Virus record (IMG/VR): IMGVR_UViG_3300012231_000036 | Location: 1-31,365 of that record | DNA from: a virus | Taxonomy: Duplodnaviria; Caudoviricetes | Strand: one strand, 5' to 3' | DNA: 31,365 nucleotides | Part shown: one piece after another, positions 1 to 9,297 of the stretch | Layout of the letters: each line of letters opens with the position of its first letter | How positions within the stretch are numbered: position 1 is the stretch's first letter | Program-made: the position numbers and the translations under genes | Notes under the pieces: model-generated | Databases searched by the model: none | The model's input: only the letters and a program-made list of their open reading frames with translations | Told to the model about the DNA's origin: nothing

Positions 1-305
1 AATGTTAATTTAGACGGGCAGATGAAATTCTTTGGTACTGACGCACCCGAACTTGAAGTTGTGATCGTGGCGCTGACCATAGCACCCTGTAATGCTTCTG
101 TGGCTTTCTCATAACCAAGCCTATTGGTTAGGGTTAAAACCAACTCTCTCTCGGCTTCTGCGACGTACTTATTCCTCTTAACTCCTGTGTAGATTACACC
201 GTCTAACGCTGCGGCTAAACCATTGTCAGCGTCATAAACGGCATCCTCTAAGAGTAGAGATAGGTTTATGTTAATCTGGTTTGCAACAGGAGTAGTGTCA
301 GGCAT
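1..305 (-). CDS. Putative virion (head-completion/adaptor) protein, runs off window edge
   Basis: ATG at 305 overlaps the TAA of the upstream gene (TAATG); frame stays open to position 1 (begins MPDTTPVANQ); follows the head module. Confidence 0.6.
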   Translation of the reverse strand, partial: MPDTTPVANQININLSLLLEDAVYDADNGLAAALDGVIYTGVKRNKYVAEAERELVLTLTNRLGYEKATEALQGAMVSATITTSSSGASVPKNFICPSKLT

Positions 306-910
306 TAGAACCAACTCCCCCTTATCGTCGGAATTTGATTATTCCTGATTATGTTCATTACCCCATCCTGACGGGCTTGATTATCAAACTCTTTCATCAG
401 AGCGTAATGTCCGGCTAAATCTTTCTGAATCTTCACCCAGTGAGCGTCGAGATAGATAATCAGATTATGCTGGAACTCGGTCGGGACACTCAAATCACTT
501 GCGAACGAAGCTAGTACGGCTGGCTTCTTAATGTATGGAACGGACGGGGTACACGCTCCGGCTGACCAAACATAGAGCGTCCCATTCCAGATTGAGTAAT
601 GAGTCAACGCTGAAAAGTCCATCAGATTAGCGTCTGGGTAATCAATCTTCCCCAGAGGCAAATCAGACGAATCAGAAACATCCCGTTTAACTCTATTGGG
701 AAATTCCCTTAAGAAATCACTCGGTAGGGCGATGTTCCCAGACGAGGTGATAGTTGGAGTCCAGACACCGCGCAGCACTTCGCTTTTATCGAAGTAGCGG
801 AGTTGCCCCTGATTTAACCATCTCAAGGGCAACCCACTACGGATTACTAGCTGCTGCTTGTCCTCATCACCCGCCGCCCACTCGTTTACTATATCTTGGG
901 CAGTGGCCAT
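305..910 (-). CDS. Putative head-tail adaptor / tail tubular-type protein
   Basis: 201 aa; MATAQDIVNE...WLNQGQ N-terminus, IALPSDFLR and PTEFQHNLIIY segments resemble podovirus adaptor proteins; lies downstream of capsid. Confidence 0.55.
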   Translation of the reverse strand: MATAQDIVNEWAAGDEDKQQLVIRSGLPLRWLNQGQLRYFDKSEVLRGVWTPTITSSGNIALPSDFLREFPNRVKRDVSDSSDLPLGKIDYPDANLMDFSALTHYSIWNGTLYVWSAGACTPSVPYIKKPAVLASFASDLSVPTEFQHNLIIYLDAHWVKIQKDLAGHYALMKEFDNQARQDGVMNIIRNNQIPTIRGSWF

Positions 911-913
911 CTT

Positions 914-1372
914 CTAATCTTGATACTGACGGTTGAAGACGTACTCAACAGTAGGCGTGGTAACGCCATTAGCAGAAGCCGCATAAGTGATGAAGAACCT
1001 GTACTCATCACAAAGCGGTGCCAATGTCACCGTCGCTATCTTGAGTGTATCGTTTGTTATCGAAACGACTGTGGTGATAATCGTATCTCCCGCGACAGGA
1101 GCAAGCATTACTCCGTTGACCACCCTTCGCACACGAACACTGGTAAGACTCATAGAGTCCTTCGCCCGAAGTGCAAACGATAGTCCAGCCAGACCCGGCT
1201 CGCGTATGAAGCGAAGCGTGTCCACCTGAGAGTTAGCATACGTTACAACAACTGATGTCTGAGGACTTCCCGCTCTAAGAGGAACAGAGAGATAGTTCCC
1301 CGCGCCGATAAAGAGAAACACGGTCGCAAGGAGCATCAGCCCCGACACAGCCTTAAAGATTACTTTTTTCAT
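914..1372 (-). CDS. Beta-rich protein with N-terminal signal peptide, putative virion-associated
   Basis: Likely start ATG 1372 (MKKVIFKAVSGLMLLATVFLFIGAG), preceded by AGGA; Thr/Val-rich mature part. Confidence 0.65.
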   Translation of the reverse strand: MKKVIFKAVSGLMLLATVFLFIGAGNYLSVPLRAGSPQTSVVVTYANSQVDTLRFIREPGLAGLSFALRAKDSMSLTSVRVRRVVNGVMLAPVAGDTIITTVVSITNDTLKIATVTLAPLCDEYRFFITYAASANGVTTPTVEYVFNRQYQD

Positions 1373-1679
1373 TTTCTGATCCTTTCTTTTTCTTGGCTTC
1401 GGCCTTCCTATCCACAATATGGGGCGCGACGATAGCTTCTTCCTTCTTGACTTCTACCAGTTCCAGGAACTTGTAGTTGTCCAAAAGGTGCTGAGGCCAA
1501 TTAGGATGATGAACCTTCACTTTCCCGAAATGGTCAACGAAGGTAACCTCCTTTTCAACCTCAAGCGTGAAATTGTTCTCCTTTGCAAAGTGGAGGACTT
1601 TAGCTTTACCGACAGGCAGCGACAAAGTAGCTACCCATTCCCCCGCGTTACATTTAATGACAGCACTGATCTTTTCCAT
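1353..1679 (-). CDS. Hypothetical protein (head module)
   Basis: 108 aa, AAGGA RBS, basic C-terminal tail. Confidence 0.65.
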   Translation of the reverse strand: MEKISAVIKCNAGEWVATLSLPVGKAKVLHFAKENNFTLEVEKEVTFVDHFGKVKVHHPNWPQHLLDNYKFLELVEVKKEEAIVAPHIVDRKAEAKKKKGSENEKSNL

Positions 1680-1691
1680 GACTTTTTCCTT

Positions 1692-1925
1692 TTATTGTTG
1701 TGGGATCACAAGGAAGCAGTTTTTGAACTTTAGTCCCGCGGTGCGGTCAAAGTCCAATTCCTCCAAGTGTTCCCATTCTTGTTTAGGAACAGTCACTTTC
1801 AAGCTGTTGTCAATGGTGAACTCTCTCACGAACTTACCATACTGCATACCATAATCACCTCCGGTAGCTGGACGATAAGTGTATTGAGTCGGCCCAATTT
1901 TGCTTCTAAGAATGACTGTTTCCAT
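1692..1925 (-). CDS. Hypothetical protein (head module)
   Basis: 77 aa, TAATG-coupled to the capsid gene. Confidence 0.65.
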   Translation of the reverse strand: METVILRSKIGPTQYTYRPATGGDYGMQYGKFVREFTIDNSLKVTVPKQEWEHLEELDFDRTAGLKFKNCFLVIPQQ

Positions 1926-3157
1926 TAGAGTACGGTTGAATTAACAATTTGAAGCAGTGACTGGTTGATGTCGATAGTCCCACCTTCGTTCTTCCAATCT
2001 GCCCGCTTCGTTCCGAAAATCTCATCAACTGCACGACCGATGATATTTCCGTAGTCGTTCTCGCTTCGGATGCGTTCTGCCATTGAGTACATACCGTCAG
2101 CCCAAACGACAGCGTTCGCACCTAAGAAGTACGTCGCGTGAAGATCGGTTGAAGCAAGACCACCACCGATTCCGGTATAAGCGGCTTCCGTGATTACATC
2201 GTTGGAAACCGTCAGACCAGCCGGATTGTTCCCGCCAAGAATGGTGCGAATCTTGTCATAGGTAAAGATGATGCAGTTACCGTAGATAAGACCATCGCCG
2301 TACTTGAACAGTGGATTATCGACGCTACGTTCGCGGGCGTGTTGAACCGCAGAGCGGAATGTCGCATCTTGGTAGAGAGCCAGTTTCGCCTTCGGTGAAA
2401 TGAGGGCGACCCAGTACGAATCTCCGCCAACCGAGATGGGATCGAACTCTGCCTGACGGCAGTACGCTTCGCCGATTTCAAATGTAACCGGCTTCACGTT
2501 GTCCGTTCCCGCGCCCAACATATTCGCAATCGTGCGAGATGTGGTCATCGTGGTATCATTACCGTAGAGGGTATTGATAACCGCCGTAGGGGCGAGGTTG
2601 GTGTGTCCGTACTTACGGAGCAGGTGATGTCCGAAGCCGTAGTGCATCGCATAAAGAATGGATGTGTCTTTCTGTTGGGCTGACCAGTCAGAAAGCAGAG
2701 ACACTTCCGTCTGTTCAAAGGGTTCATACGGATTACGCTGAGAGTTGATCCCACCGTTTGTACGAACACCCTGCCGGAACTGTTCGACCTTCACCAACTG
2801 ATTGTCCAAATCCCATCCTACTTCGCTGTCCACCAACTGAGTCCCGCCAGTCGTACCAGTCGAGATAGCAAAAGACAGGTTCTTACGAAGTCCCATCTTA
2901 ATCGTATCGCCAGGTTGCGCGGTGAGGTCAGTCTTACGAACTACCGGAAGTCCGGGAGCCGTTTGAGCAAAGTCGCCTTCGCTGTAAACGTCTGCACCGA
3001 TCATTCCATGCGACTGAAAGAAAGTCTTTTTCTGGACTTCCTTGTGGTATCTCCGGTCAACAACAACATTAACCAGAGACTTGATATTGCTTGCGCTTGC
3101 CGACCCAAACTGACTGTCTACGAAAGTAAAGGGGGTAGACGCATAAGATATTGCCAT
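1925..3157 (-). CDS. Major capsid protein, DUF4043 / N4-gp56 family (HK97 fold)
   Basis: 410 aa; PVVRKTDLTAQPGDTIKMGLRKNL, DNPLF and ENDYGNIIG motifs typical of this family; strong AAGGAG RBS; follows portal and scaffold. Confidence 0.88.
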   Translation of the reverse strand: MAISYASTPFTFVDSQFGSASASNIKSLVNVVVDRRYHKEVQKKTFFQSHGMIGADVYSEGDFAQTAPGLPVVRKTDLTAQPGDTIKMGLRKNLSFAISTGTTGGTQLVDSEVGWDLDNQLVKVEQFRQGVRTNGGINSQRNPYEPFEQTEVSLLSDWSAQQKDTSILYAMHYGFGHHLLRKYGHTNLAPTAVINTLYGNDTTMTTSRTIANMLGAGTDNVKPVTFEIGEAYCRQAEFDPISVGGDSYWVALISPKAKLALYQDATFRSAVQHARERSVDNPLFKYGDGLIYGNCIIFTYDKIRTILGGNNPAGLTVSNDVITEAAYTGIGGGLASTDLHATYFLGANAVVWADGMYSMAERIRSENDYGNIIGRAVDEIFGTKRADWKNEGGTIDINQSLLQIVNSTVL

Positions 3158-3180
3158 AATTTACTCCTTTCGGAGCTTAC

Positions 3181-4011
3181 CTACTGCTGACGTTGAAGTT
3201 GGGCTGTCCCGTCCCAAAAGAACTTCTTTAGTTCAGGACTCCAAGTTGATTCAATGTTGGGATTTTGATTGTAGGCTTGCGCCATCTTCTCCCAGCTTAA
3301 CTGAATCGCTCCTTGACCCGTACTTGCCGCGCCCCTCATAGGACTCGCCCCATTTTGAGGTTTCCTGATTTCATTGAATGTTTGATTGATCGCGTTACGG
3401 GCAACATTTTGAACTTGGCTTGGCATCGTCATCAGCTTATGTCCTGCGTCTAAGTTCCACTCGGCTATCCCGTTCATCCGGTTAAATGCCTTTACTGAAT
3501 TGACATCTACCCCAGGATGAGAGTTAGTCCACTGCATCTCAGCCGCGCCAGCAAGCATCTGTTGAATCTGTGCCTGATTCTGGCGGTTGGCTTCTTGGAT
3601 GAGGAACTTATTTTGCTGTTCCATCTTCCATTCAAGATACTCGACAGGGTTTGTAGCCTTGTCGGGTGCTTGAACTTGCGGTTGGAACTGTTGCATGAAC
3701 TGCGCCTGTTGCGCTTGAAGCTGTTGCATCTGCTGTTGGAGGGCTAGGTTTTGAGAATATACCCTGTCCTTCTCCGACTGTATCTGCCTAAACCGTTCAT
3801 CTGTTGCACTCTGAGTATCAACACCTTGCGAGGCATTGGGGTCAGCGGATGGTAAGCCACCTTGACCTTGCTGTTCCGTAGCGGATGGTTCAACTACAAA
3901 GGGTAAAATGTTCGGATCGACAGACGTAGCGGATGCGGGCTGAGCAGCACCTTGCCCAACTTGGGCAGCCGATGCAACGTCAGTAACCGTACCTTGCGTG
4001 TCTAAATCCAT
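3181..4011 (-). CDS. Capsid scaffolding protein (putative)
   Basis: 276 aa; Q/A-rich, acidic disordered N-terminus, coiled-coil; lies between portal and capsid. Confidence 0.7.
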   Translation of the reverse strand: MDLDTQGTVTDVASAAQVGQGAAQPASATSVDPNILPFVVEPSATEQQGQGGLPSADPNASQGVDTQSATDERFRQIQSEKDRVYSQNLALQQQMQQLQAQQAQFMQQFQPQVQAPDKATNPVEYLEWKMEQQNKFLIQEANRQNQAQIQQMLAGAAEMQWTNSHPGVDVNSVKAFNRMNGIAEWNLDAGHKLMTMPSQVQNVARNAINQTFNEIRKPQNGASPMRGAASTGQGAIQLSWEKMAQAYNQNPNIESTWSPELKKFFWDGTAQLQRQQ

Positions 4012-4054
4012 GACTGTTTCCTTAGATTATTGAATTGTGAGTTAGTTTACTTCT

Positions 4055-4312
4055 TTACGATTCCCTAAATTGCCTGACCTCAATTTGTATGTTGGGATCA
4101 TTTTTAAATTTGGATAAAACTTCTTCTGCATAAGCCATCGCAACACCCTTTGATGGGGTAGCAAAGATTTCTTCCTTGCTTAAACGATGCCAACCATCCA
4201 AATGTCTGTCGTTTGTAACATCCTCAATCCATACACCATAATAAACCACCGTTTTTTCAACATCAGTGATTGGTTTATTTGTTTTACTGCCGAATATGTT
4301 AAACCACCCCAT
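4055..4312 (-). CDS. Hypothetical protein, AT-rich insertion
   Basis: 85 aa, GGAG RBS, lower GC than flanking genes. Confidence 0.65.
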   Translation of the reverse strand: MGWFNIFGSKTNKPITDVEKTVVYYGVWIEDVTNDRHLDGWHRLSKEEIFATPSKGVAMAYAEEVLSKFKNDPNIQIEVRQFRES

Positions 4313-4320
4313 AAATGCTC

Positions 4321-6345
4321 CTATCCGAAATTCTGTCCACCCACCATAGACCTCATCCCGGCTTGAGATTGGGACGCTCCTGTCTGGGCGTTCTTTTTCT
4401 GATTTGAACTTTTCTTCATCTTCGCTCCGGCTTGACCCATAGCCACCTTAGACTCTGTGGGGATCAATTTTTGCGTCATCTCCAACTGAGACTGTAAGCC
4501 TTCGATTATCATTTGCTGTTGTCTGATGATGTCGTTCCTTGCCTCCTCGTTTGAAGCTATCGCACTGTCAACGTCCTTAATCGGGGCGTTCTGGATTCGG
4601 TATGAATCTGTAAATGGAACGTTCAGAGACACCAAAGACTCAACCGCGTTAAAGGATTGCTGTTTGTTGAAGTCACTCAAAGCTGAATCCGTAATCTCAA
4701 CGTCGTAATGGGCGACATCGACATTTAGGGGAAGCTGTAACGGGGGTTGTAATGGAATCCCCTTCACTGGGTCAATCTTGCCAATCACAATCTTGAAGAA
4801 ATTCTCGTCCCCAACAATCCTCTGCATCCTCTCAGGTGAAAACTCCGCTATGATTATATGCAAAGCCTTGCGCCAGAAAGCCAACTCGCTTAACTTCTCG
4901 GCCTTCACCCATTTATTCAAAGGTGTAACAGCCGCGTTCTGTTGCATCGAAAGTTTAATCCCAGAATCCTGTGACCCAGACTGACCCCTTAACACCGGCT
5001 CAGTAGAGGCGGCGGCGAAGTCCATGTCCTCTCTTGCAGACTGACCCTCCTCAATAGCTTGTAAATCTACGTTGGGCGTAATATTAACATTGATAACATC
5101 TTCGTTCGGGCCGATTGCAAGGATAGTGCCCAACTGACTGTTGAGAATCTTCGAGTCAATCATAGCTGGGTCGAGATTCTTGATAGCTAGGGGGGCTTTG
5201 ATCGCCTTATTATTAAACGTCGTTTTCTGCGCCCAAGCTATATTGATTCTCTTTTGGTGAGGAATAACCATCTCGACATAAGAGAAAGGTTGACCGCTTT
5301 TCTTCATCGCGGCGCACATCCCGACCAAAGGGGAGAAGGGGTATTTAGACACAGACTGCTTGAGCAATGTAGCGTTCTGCATATTCCCTGCTGAGGCTAC
5401 GATGAACTGTTCCCACGTCTCGTTTACAGATACGCCTAAATCCTGCTCCAACTCCTGTGGCTTATAATCAACGGCCTCCTCTCTGACCTGCGGGACGGGC
5501 ATTACGTTTCCATCAGGTAAAGGAATGAACTGAATCGAACCAATCTTACGGACGGGGATTCTTCGACGAAGCCAGAACTCGTATTTATCTACTTGGTCTT
5601 GGTAACTTAATGAAGGATCGCCGGAAGTAACCAAGGCACCGTAGTCCTGAACCAGAGAACCTGTCGTACTACCGCCTTTAATCTTCTCCCACTCGGAAGC
5701 TAAAACAGTCTTCATCCCCTTTAAGATTCCAGCCTTCTCAGGGTTGTCAGCCATAGCATCTTCCCACGACTGGACTGTTCTCCTCCACCACCACGAAATA
5801 TCATCCAATTCTTTTGAGGCTGTCTTACTCCACCCACAATCTTCAACTGGGAAGTTTTCACACCACAACTCGCCAATTCCACCTCTTGCGGTAGGGTCAT
5901 AGCCCAAGACCCTCAAGCCCATTCCGGTCTTGGCCATTGAATCAAAAGCCTCATCCCTGGGCTTCTGAAAATCCCCACAGTATTCAGCGTATTCAGCGCA
6001 AGCCTGCAAAAGAGAGGCCACCCTATCATCTCCTTGCTCTCTTTTGACGATCTTCATTGTGTTACCAGTGTTAGCCCTCACACCGTTGATATAGTCTAAA
6101 CCTCTGTTGATCCTGTCTATGGCTAAAGTAGGAACGTCAGCTAGGGCTAGAAGCTGCATATCGGCCCCGTCCCACTGCCTTAGTTCGCAGAAATTGTAAT
6201 TCTCCTTAACAATCTCGTTGTGGGCTAGCTTCCAGGGATTAGCCTTAGCCTCAACCAACTCAAAGAGCTTCTTAATTACATTCTGCTCCTCAGCTGTGGA
6301 CTGAGAATTAACTACCTCAATATCTTTCTCAAAGACATCAGGCAT
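4321..6345 (-). CDS. Portal protein (P22-like)
   Basis: 674 aa; RQWD...PTLAIDRI...ING, AFDSMAKTGMG, QKRIN and SGIKL...QQ motifs; downstream of terL. Confidence 0.88.
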   Translation of the reverse strand: MPDVFEKDIEVVNSQSTAEEQNVIKKLFELVEAKANPWKLAHNEIVKENYNFCELRQWDGADMQLLALADVPTLAIDRINRGLDYINGVRANTGNTMKIVKREQGDDRVASLLQACAEYAEYCGDFQKPRDEAFDSMAKTGMGLRVLGYDPTARGGIGELWCENFPVEDCGWSKTASKELDDISWWWRRTVQSWEDAMADNPEKAGILKGMKTVLASEWEKIKGGSTTGSLVQDYGALVTSGDPSLSYQDQVDKYEFWLRRRIPVRKIGSIQFIPLPDGNVMPVPQVREEAVDYKPQELEQDLGVSVNETWEQFIVASAGNMQNATLLKQSVSKYPFSPLVGMCAAMKKSGQPFSYVEMVIPHQKRINIAWAQKTTFNNKAIKAPLAIKNLDPAMIDSKILNSQLGTILAIGPNEDVINVNITPNVDLQAIEEGQSAREDMDFAAASTEPVLRGQSGSQDSGIKLSMQQNAAVTPLNKWVKAEKLSELAFWRKALHIIIAEFSPERMQRIVGDENFFKIVIGKIDPVKGIPLQPPLQLPLNVDVAHYDVEITDSALSDFNKQQSFNAVESLVSLNVPFTDSYRIQNAPIKDVDSAIASNEEARNDIIRQQQMIIEGLQSQLEMTQKLIPTESKVAMGQAGAKMKKSSNQKKNAQTGASQSQAGMRSMVGGQNFG

Positions 6346-6565
6346 AGTAGAGAGTATTCAATTTATGAGTTTCCATTACTTTCTTCTCGGTTTCCTCGTT
6401 TAAGACGATACCTTTCCAGTTCTTCAAAGGTTTCTCAAAATCGCTGGTTAGAGATACTACCTTGTTCCTTGCTACCTTCACAAAAGCGGAACGGACTATG
6501 ACAAAAACAGCACCCCCCCAGTCCTCACATGAATATAGGAACGTCTTTATCTTGCTCTTCTTCAT
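6338..6565 (-). CDS. Hypothetical protein
   Basis: 75 aa filling the terL-portal gap, overlaps portal start; weak RBS. Confidence 0.5.
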   Translation of the reverse strand: MKKSKIKTFLYSCEDWGGAVFVIVRSAFVKVARNKVVSLTSDFEKPLKNWKGIVLNEETEKKVMETHKLNTLYYA

Positions 6566-6599
6566 ACTAATTTAGTAGTGATTAGTATTTGATTAGTAT

Positions 6600-8435
6600 T
6601 CATCTAACCACCCATCCCACCAAAGCCTTGTTCTGATAATGTTTTTTCTGGATCGCTTGCCAGTCCGTCTCTCTTACCTTACCTCTTGTCCTGTAAGGAT
6701 TTGGCAACTGCGTATCAACCCACGCATTAATAGCCCTGTCCATCACCCTATCATCAAAGCACTTCTCGCCTTTACCCTTACCCTGAGCCTCCATCTTGCC
6801 GTCGTTATTAACGAAGGTTAGACATTCTTTCCAGAAATCAGTGTCGTAGTCTCGGAAAGTCCCCTCAACGATCTGTTTAGACAACTCACCTATAATCATC
6901 CCCTTCATGTGCCTATTTGAAGTGTCGAAACCGATCTTGTCTGTACTCTGGGGATAACCCTTAGTAATGACTTCTTTGTGGTAAATTCTGGTGTAAATCT
7001 TTAACAACTCATTGATAACTACACCACCTGAATTTCCTTGTCTTTCGGGTGCTATCCAGGCTTTCTTGTACCAATACCCTAGTTTGGCTAGTTCCTCGGC
7101 AAACTCGAAGGGTTTAATGTGTGTATGAAGCGTACAGACAGTTAAAGGAACATCTTCATCGTGGTTGACAAACCTCTTTCTGACACTGGCTGAATCCCAG
7201 TCTCCCTGCTCTAGACCCTCAGCTACGTCGGCACTTATCGAATAAGCGTTCTCCCAGCCTTCCTCAGGTAACTCCCACACAAGATACAGCCCGTTCATGT
7301 TCTCTAAGAACTCAACAGACAACTGCTCTTTATTTACACAGGTTCCACTTTCATTAAAAATCGGGCGCACTTTCCATAAAAGGTCGCCAATCTTAAGAGG
7401 ACTCTTGCAATCGCGCATCCGTTCTTCACACTTAAGTACGTCAAAGACCGGATTACCAGAGGTAAGGTAATTACAGTCCAAGTTCTCAAGTATGTCCTCA
7501 CGACTCCTTCTCTCACACTCACGATCATACCACTCACTCCTGATCTTACCATACTGATCTATGTAACACCCAGAAGGGGCGGCCTCCTGATTCTCTGCTT
7601 TCTGAACAATATACCCGTCAATCCTGTCTGTTATCTTCGCATCCTCAACAGTCTTGAGATAATCCCTACCAGTATAAGCCTTCTTGGGATGTAAGAACCA
7701 CTTCAACCTATGCTTTGACTTAATCTCCGAAGTCCTTGACAATTCAGCAAACTTGTTGCCTGCACCCTTGGGTGTGCCAAAAACAATCTTACACCTGGTA
7801 GCGTCCGAACATGACCTCCACGCTTCATTGGCCATGTCCCACGACTGGAATTCATCCAAAGCAATCGCCTTCTCACGACCACCTCTTGCAAAATCAGCAT
7901 TTGTAGCTTCACCGATTAAAGCATTACTTAATGAGGGGGCGATAATCTTCATAAAAGTAGAGTGCTTACTGAGGTCAAACCCCTCCGGTAAGAGCCACTT
8001 CGGCAACTTAGAGAGTAAATACCGCATCTTCTCGAAGTGCGTACTCATGTCCCCCAAACGATCCACATACTCCTGCTTCCAACTACCGATTTTAAGCTGC
8101 TCACCCCTCTTAGTCAAGAACCTCCACACAAACACACCTATTACCATCCATGTGACACCCATATCCCTACTCTTATCACAAAAGAAGTCCTCACCTTCAT
8201 CTATACACCGATTAAGCTCTAAAATGAAGTCGTCCTGATATTTATACGTCGTGAACGGTAAATCTTTATCTTTACTCTCCCTGGGATCATACGTCCAAAA
8301 GAACGTATTAAACGCAAATAACGGATTCTCCTCGAATATCCTCTTAACCGAAGCCCGGAACTTCATATCCTGAGCCTCTTTCATCAGCTTAATTCTGTAC
8401 TTTACGTTATCTTCCCTGTTCTTTGGGTAATTCAT
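6600..8435 (-). CDS. terL: Terminase large subunit
   Basis: Walker A-like KSRDMGVTW, Walker B AIALDEF, coupling motif GTPKG, RNase H-like ISADVAEG and DDRVMD. Confidence 0.93.
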   Translation of the reverse strand: MNYPKNREDNVKYRIKLMKEAQDMKFRASVKRIFEENPLFAFNTFFWTYDPRESKDKDLPFTTYKYQDDFILELNRCIDEGEDFFCDKSRDMGVTWMVIGVFVWRFLTKRGEQLKIGSWKQEYVDRLGDMSTHFEKMRYLLSKLPKWLLPEGFDLSKHSTFMKIIAPSLSNALIGEATNADFARGGREKAIALDEFQSWDMANEAWRSCSDATRCKIVFGTPKGAGNKFAELSRTSEIKSKHRLKWFLHPKKAYTGRDYLKTVEDAKITDRIDGYIVQKAENQEAAPSGCYIDQYGKIRSEWYDRECERRSREDILENLDCNYLTSGNPVFDVLKCEERMRDCKSPLKIGDLLWKVRPIFNESGTCVNKEQLSVEFLENMNGLYLVWELPEEGWENAYSISADVAEGLEQGDWDSASVRKRFVNHDEDVPLTVCTLHTHIKPFEFAEELAKLGYWYKKAWIAPERQGNSGGVVINELLKIYTRIYHKEVITKGYPQSTDKIGFDTSNRHMKGMIIGELSKQIVEGTFRDYDTDFWKECLTFVNNDGKMEAQGKGKGEKCFDDRVMDRAINAWVDTQLPNPYRTRGKVRETDWQAIQKKHYQNKALVGWVVR

Positions 8436-8584
8436 ACCTTCACGTACTCAGAATACAACCCAATCAACAGAGACATCGCCAAGATTCTTCCAGTCTCAAA
8501 CATATCGGTCGGAGCTCCCGTAAATATCGTCAGCCCTATCCAAAATATCATCCCGGATTTCACAAAAACAGCAGCCCAGTTCAT
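8432..8584 (-). CDS. Small membrane protein
   Basis: MNWAAVFVKSGMIFWIGL... 50 aa; ATGA overlaps at both ends. Confidence 0.55.
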   Translation of the reverse strand: MNWAAVFVKSGMIFWIGLTIFTGAPTDMFETGRILAMSLLIGLYSEYVKV

Positions 8585-8688
8585 TTTCTTAGCTTGCTTA
8601 TCAACAACACTATCAGGCAAATCGCGCATATTCCTATGAAAAACAACGGAATGTACAAAATTCCATCTATTGAGCCACCATCATTCAC
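8581..8688 (-). CDS. Small single-TM protein
   Basis: GTG start, MNDGGSIDGILYIPLFFIGICAICLIVLLISKLRK; stop overlaps the next ATG. Confidence 0.45.
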   Translation of the reverse strand: MNDGGSIDGILYIPLFFIGICAICLIVLLISKLRK

Positions 8689-8767
8689 TTAGTACCACAT
8701 ACGCTACGATCATGCCAAATAACACGATAAATGGCATGGAGAGCATTATGAAACGAACACACTTCAT
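8681..8767 (-). CDS. Small hydrophobic peptide
   Basis: MKCVRFIMLSMPFIVLFGMIVAYVVLSE; ATGA-coupled to a 9-aa ORF at 8764-8793. Confidence 0.4.
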   Translation of the reverse strand: MKCVRFIMLSMPFIVLFGMIVAYVVLSE

Positions 8768-8868
8768 TTACATGGGTACGGGTATGACTTCATGTTCCCC
8801 TAGCTAAAAAAATACATATAGTTGGCTTGGCGCTTAGTACCTTCATCTCGACGGGTGCCGGGTCGAAT

Positions 8869-8905
8869 CCCCGCCTACCCCCCCCGTCCCGTTTTGCCCC
8901 GGCCC
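8869..8905 (-). other. G-run cluster, candidate packaging (pac)-associated element
   Basis: Five C-runs on + strand (4,8,3,4,3) in non-coding DNA between terS and terL. Confidence 0.35.
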
Positions 8906-8980
8906 TTGTCCAGCCATGCTCGCAGCCATAGCTTGGGTGTGTGCGTGTGTGCTATGCACCATGTATGCACCGGCCATAGC

Positions 8981-9181
8981 CTAGTTCTTGCCTACCTGTA
9001 CACGCACTATCCCCCGCCCCACCTGTGCATTATCCCGCACTTTTTGCACTACATACTCTATGACATGGGTGGGATTGTATAGATCGACACGCTGTTCATG
9101 TATCTCCTGGGCTACGCTATTCCTGCCCTGGTCGAAATACTTGGCTATTTCGCCTATTGTCAACACTTTGCGCTTGCGCAT
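8981..9181 (-). CDS. Small HTH-like DNA-binding protein
   Basis: LTIGEIAKYFDQGRNSV resembles MerR/excisionase/Nu1-type wHTH. Confidence 0.5.
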   Translation of the reverse strand: MRKRKVLTIGEIAKYFDQGRNSVAQEIHEQRVDLYNPTHVIEYVVQKVRDNAQVGRGIVRVQVGKN

Positions 9182-9269
9182 ACAATAGCCATTATTCGAG
9201 CAGAGGATCGTATTAGACGAGGCTTGGCTGCGAACTCAGTACATTCGCTCATTCCGTGCACATTCGATG

Positions 9270-9297
9270 CCTTGCCCCGTTCCATATTATGTAAAGT
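9270..9297 (+). other. dif-like site (good XerD-type arm, degenerate XerC-type arm)
   Basis: CCTTGCCCCGT-TCCATA-TTATGTAAAGT; right arm is one mismatch from B. subtilis dif TTATGTAAACT. Confidence 0.35.

Noticed and set aside
6579-6600. Tandem TGATTAGTATT x2 after terL
   Set aside because: Only two short AT-rich copies; likely local slippage
7684-8238. 184-aa plus-strand ORF, and similar antisense ORFs such as 16781-17500
   Set aside because: Antisense to well-supported genes, with no RBS or motifs
8857-8876. tRNA T-arm-like GGGTCGAATCCC
   Set aside because: Lacks the TTC of GTTCGA, and no cloverleaf could be built
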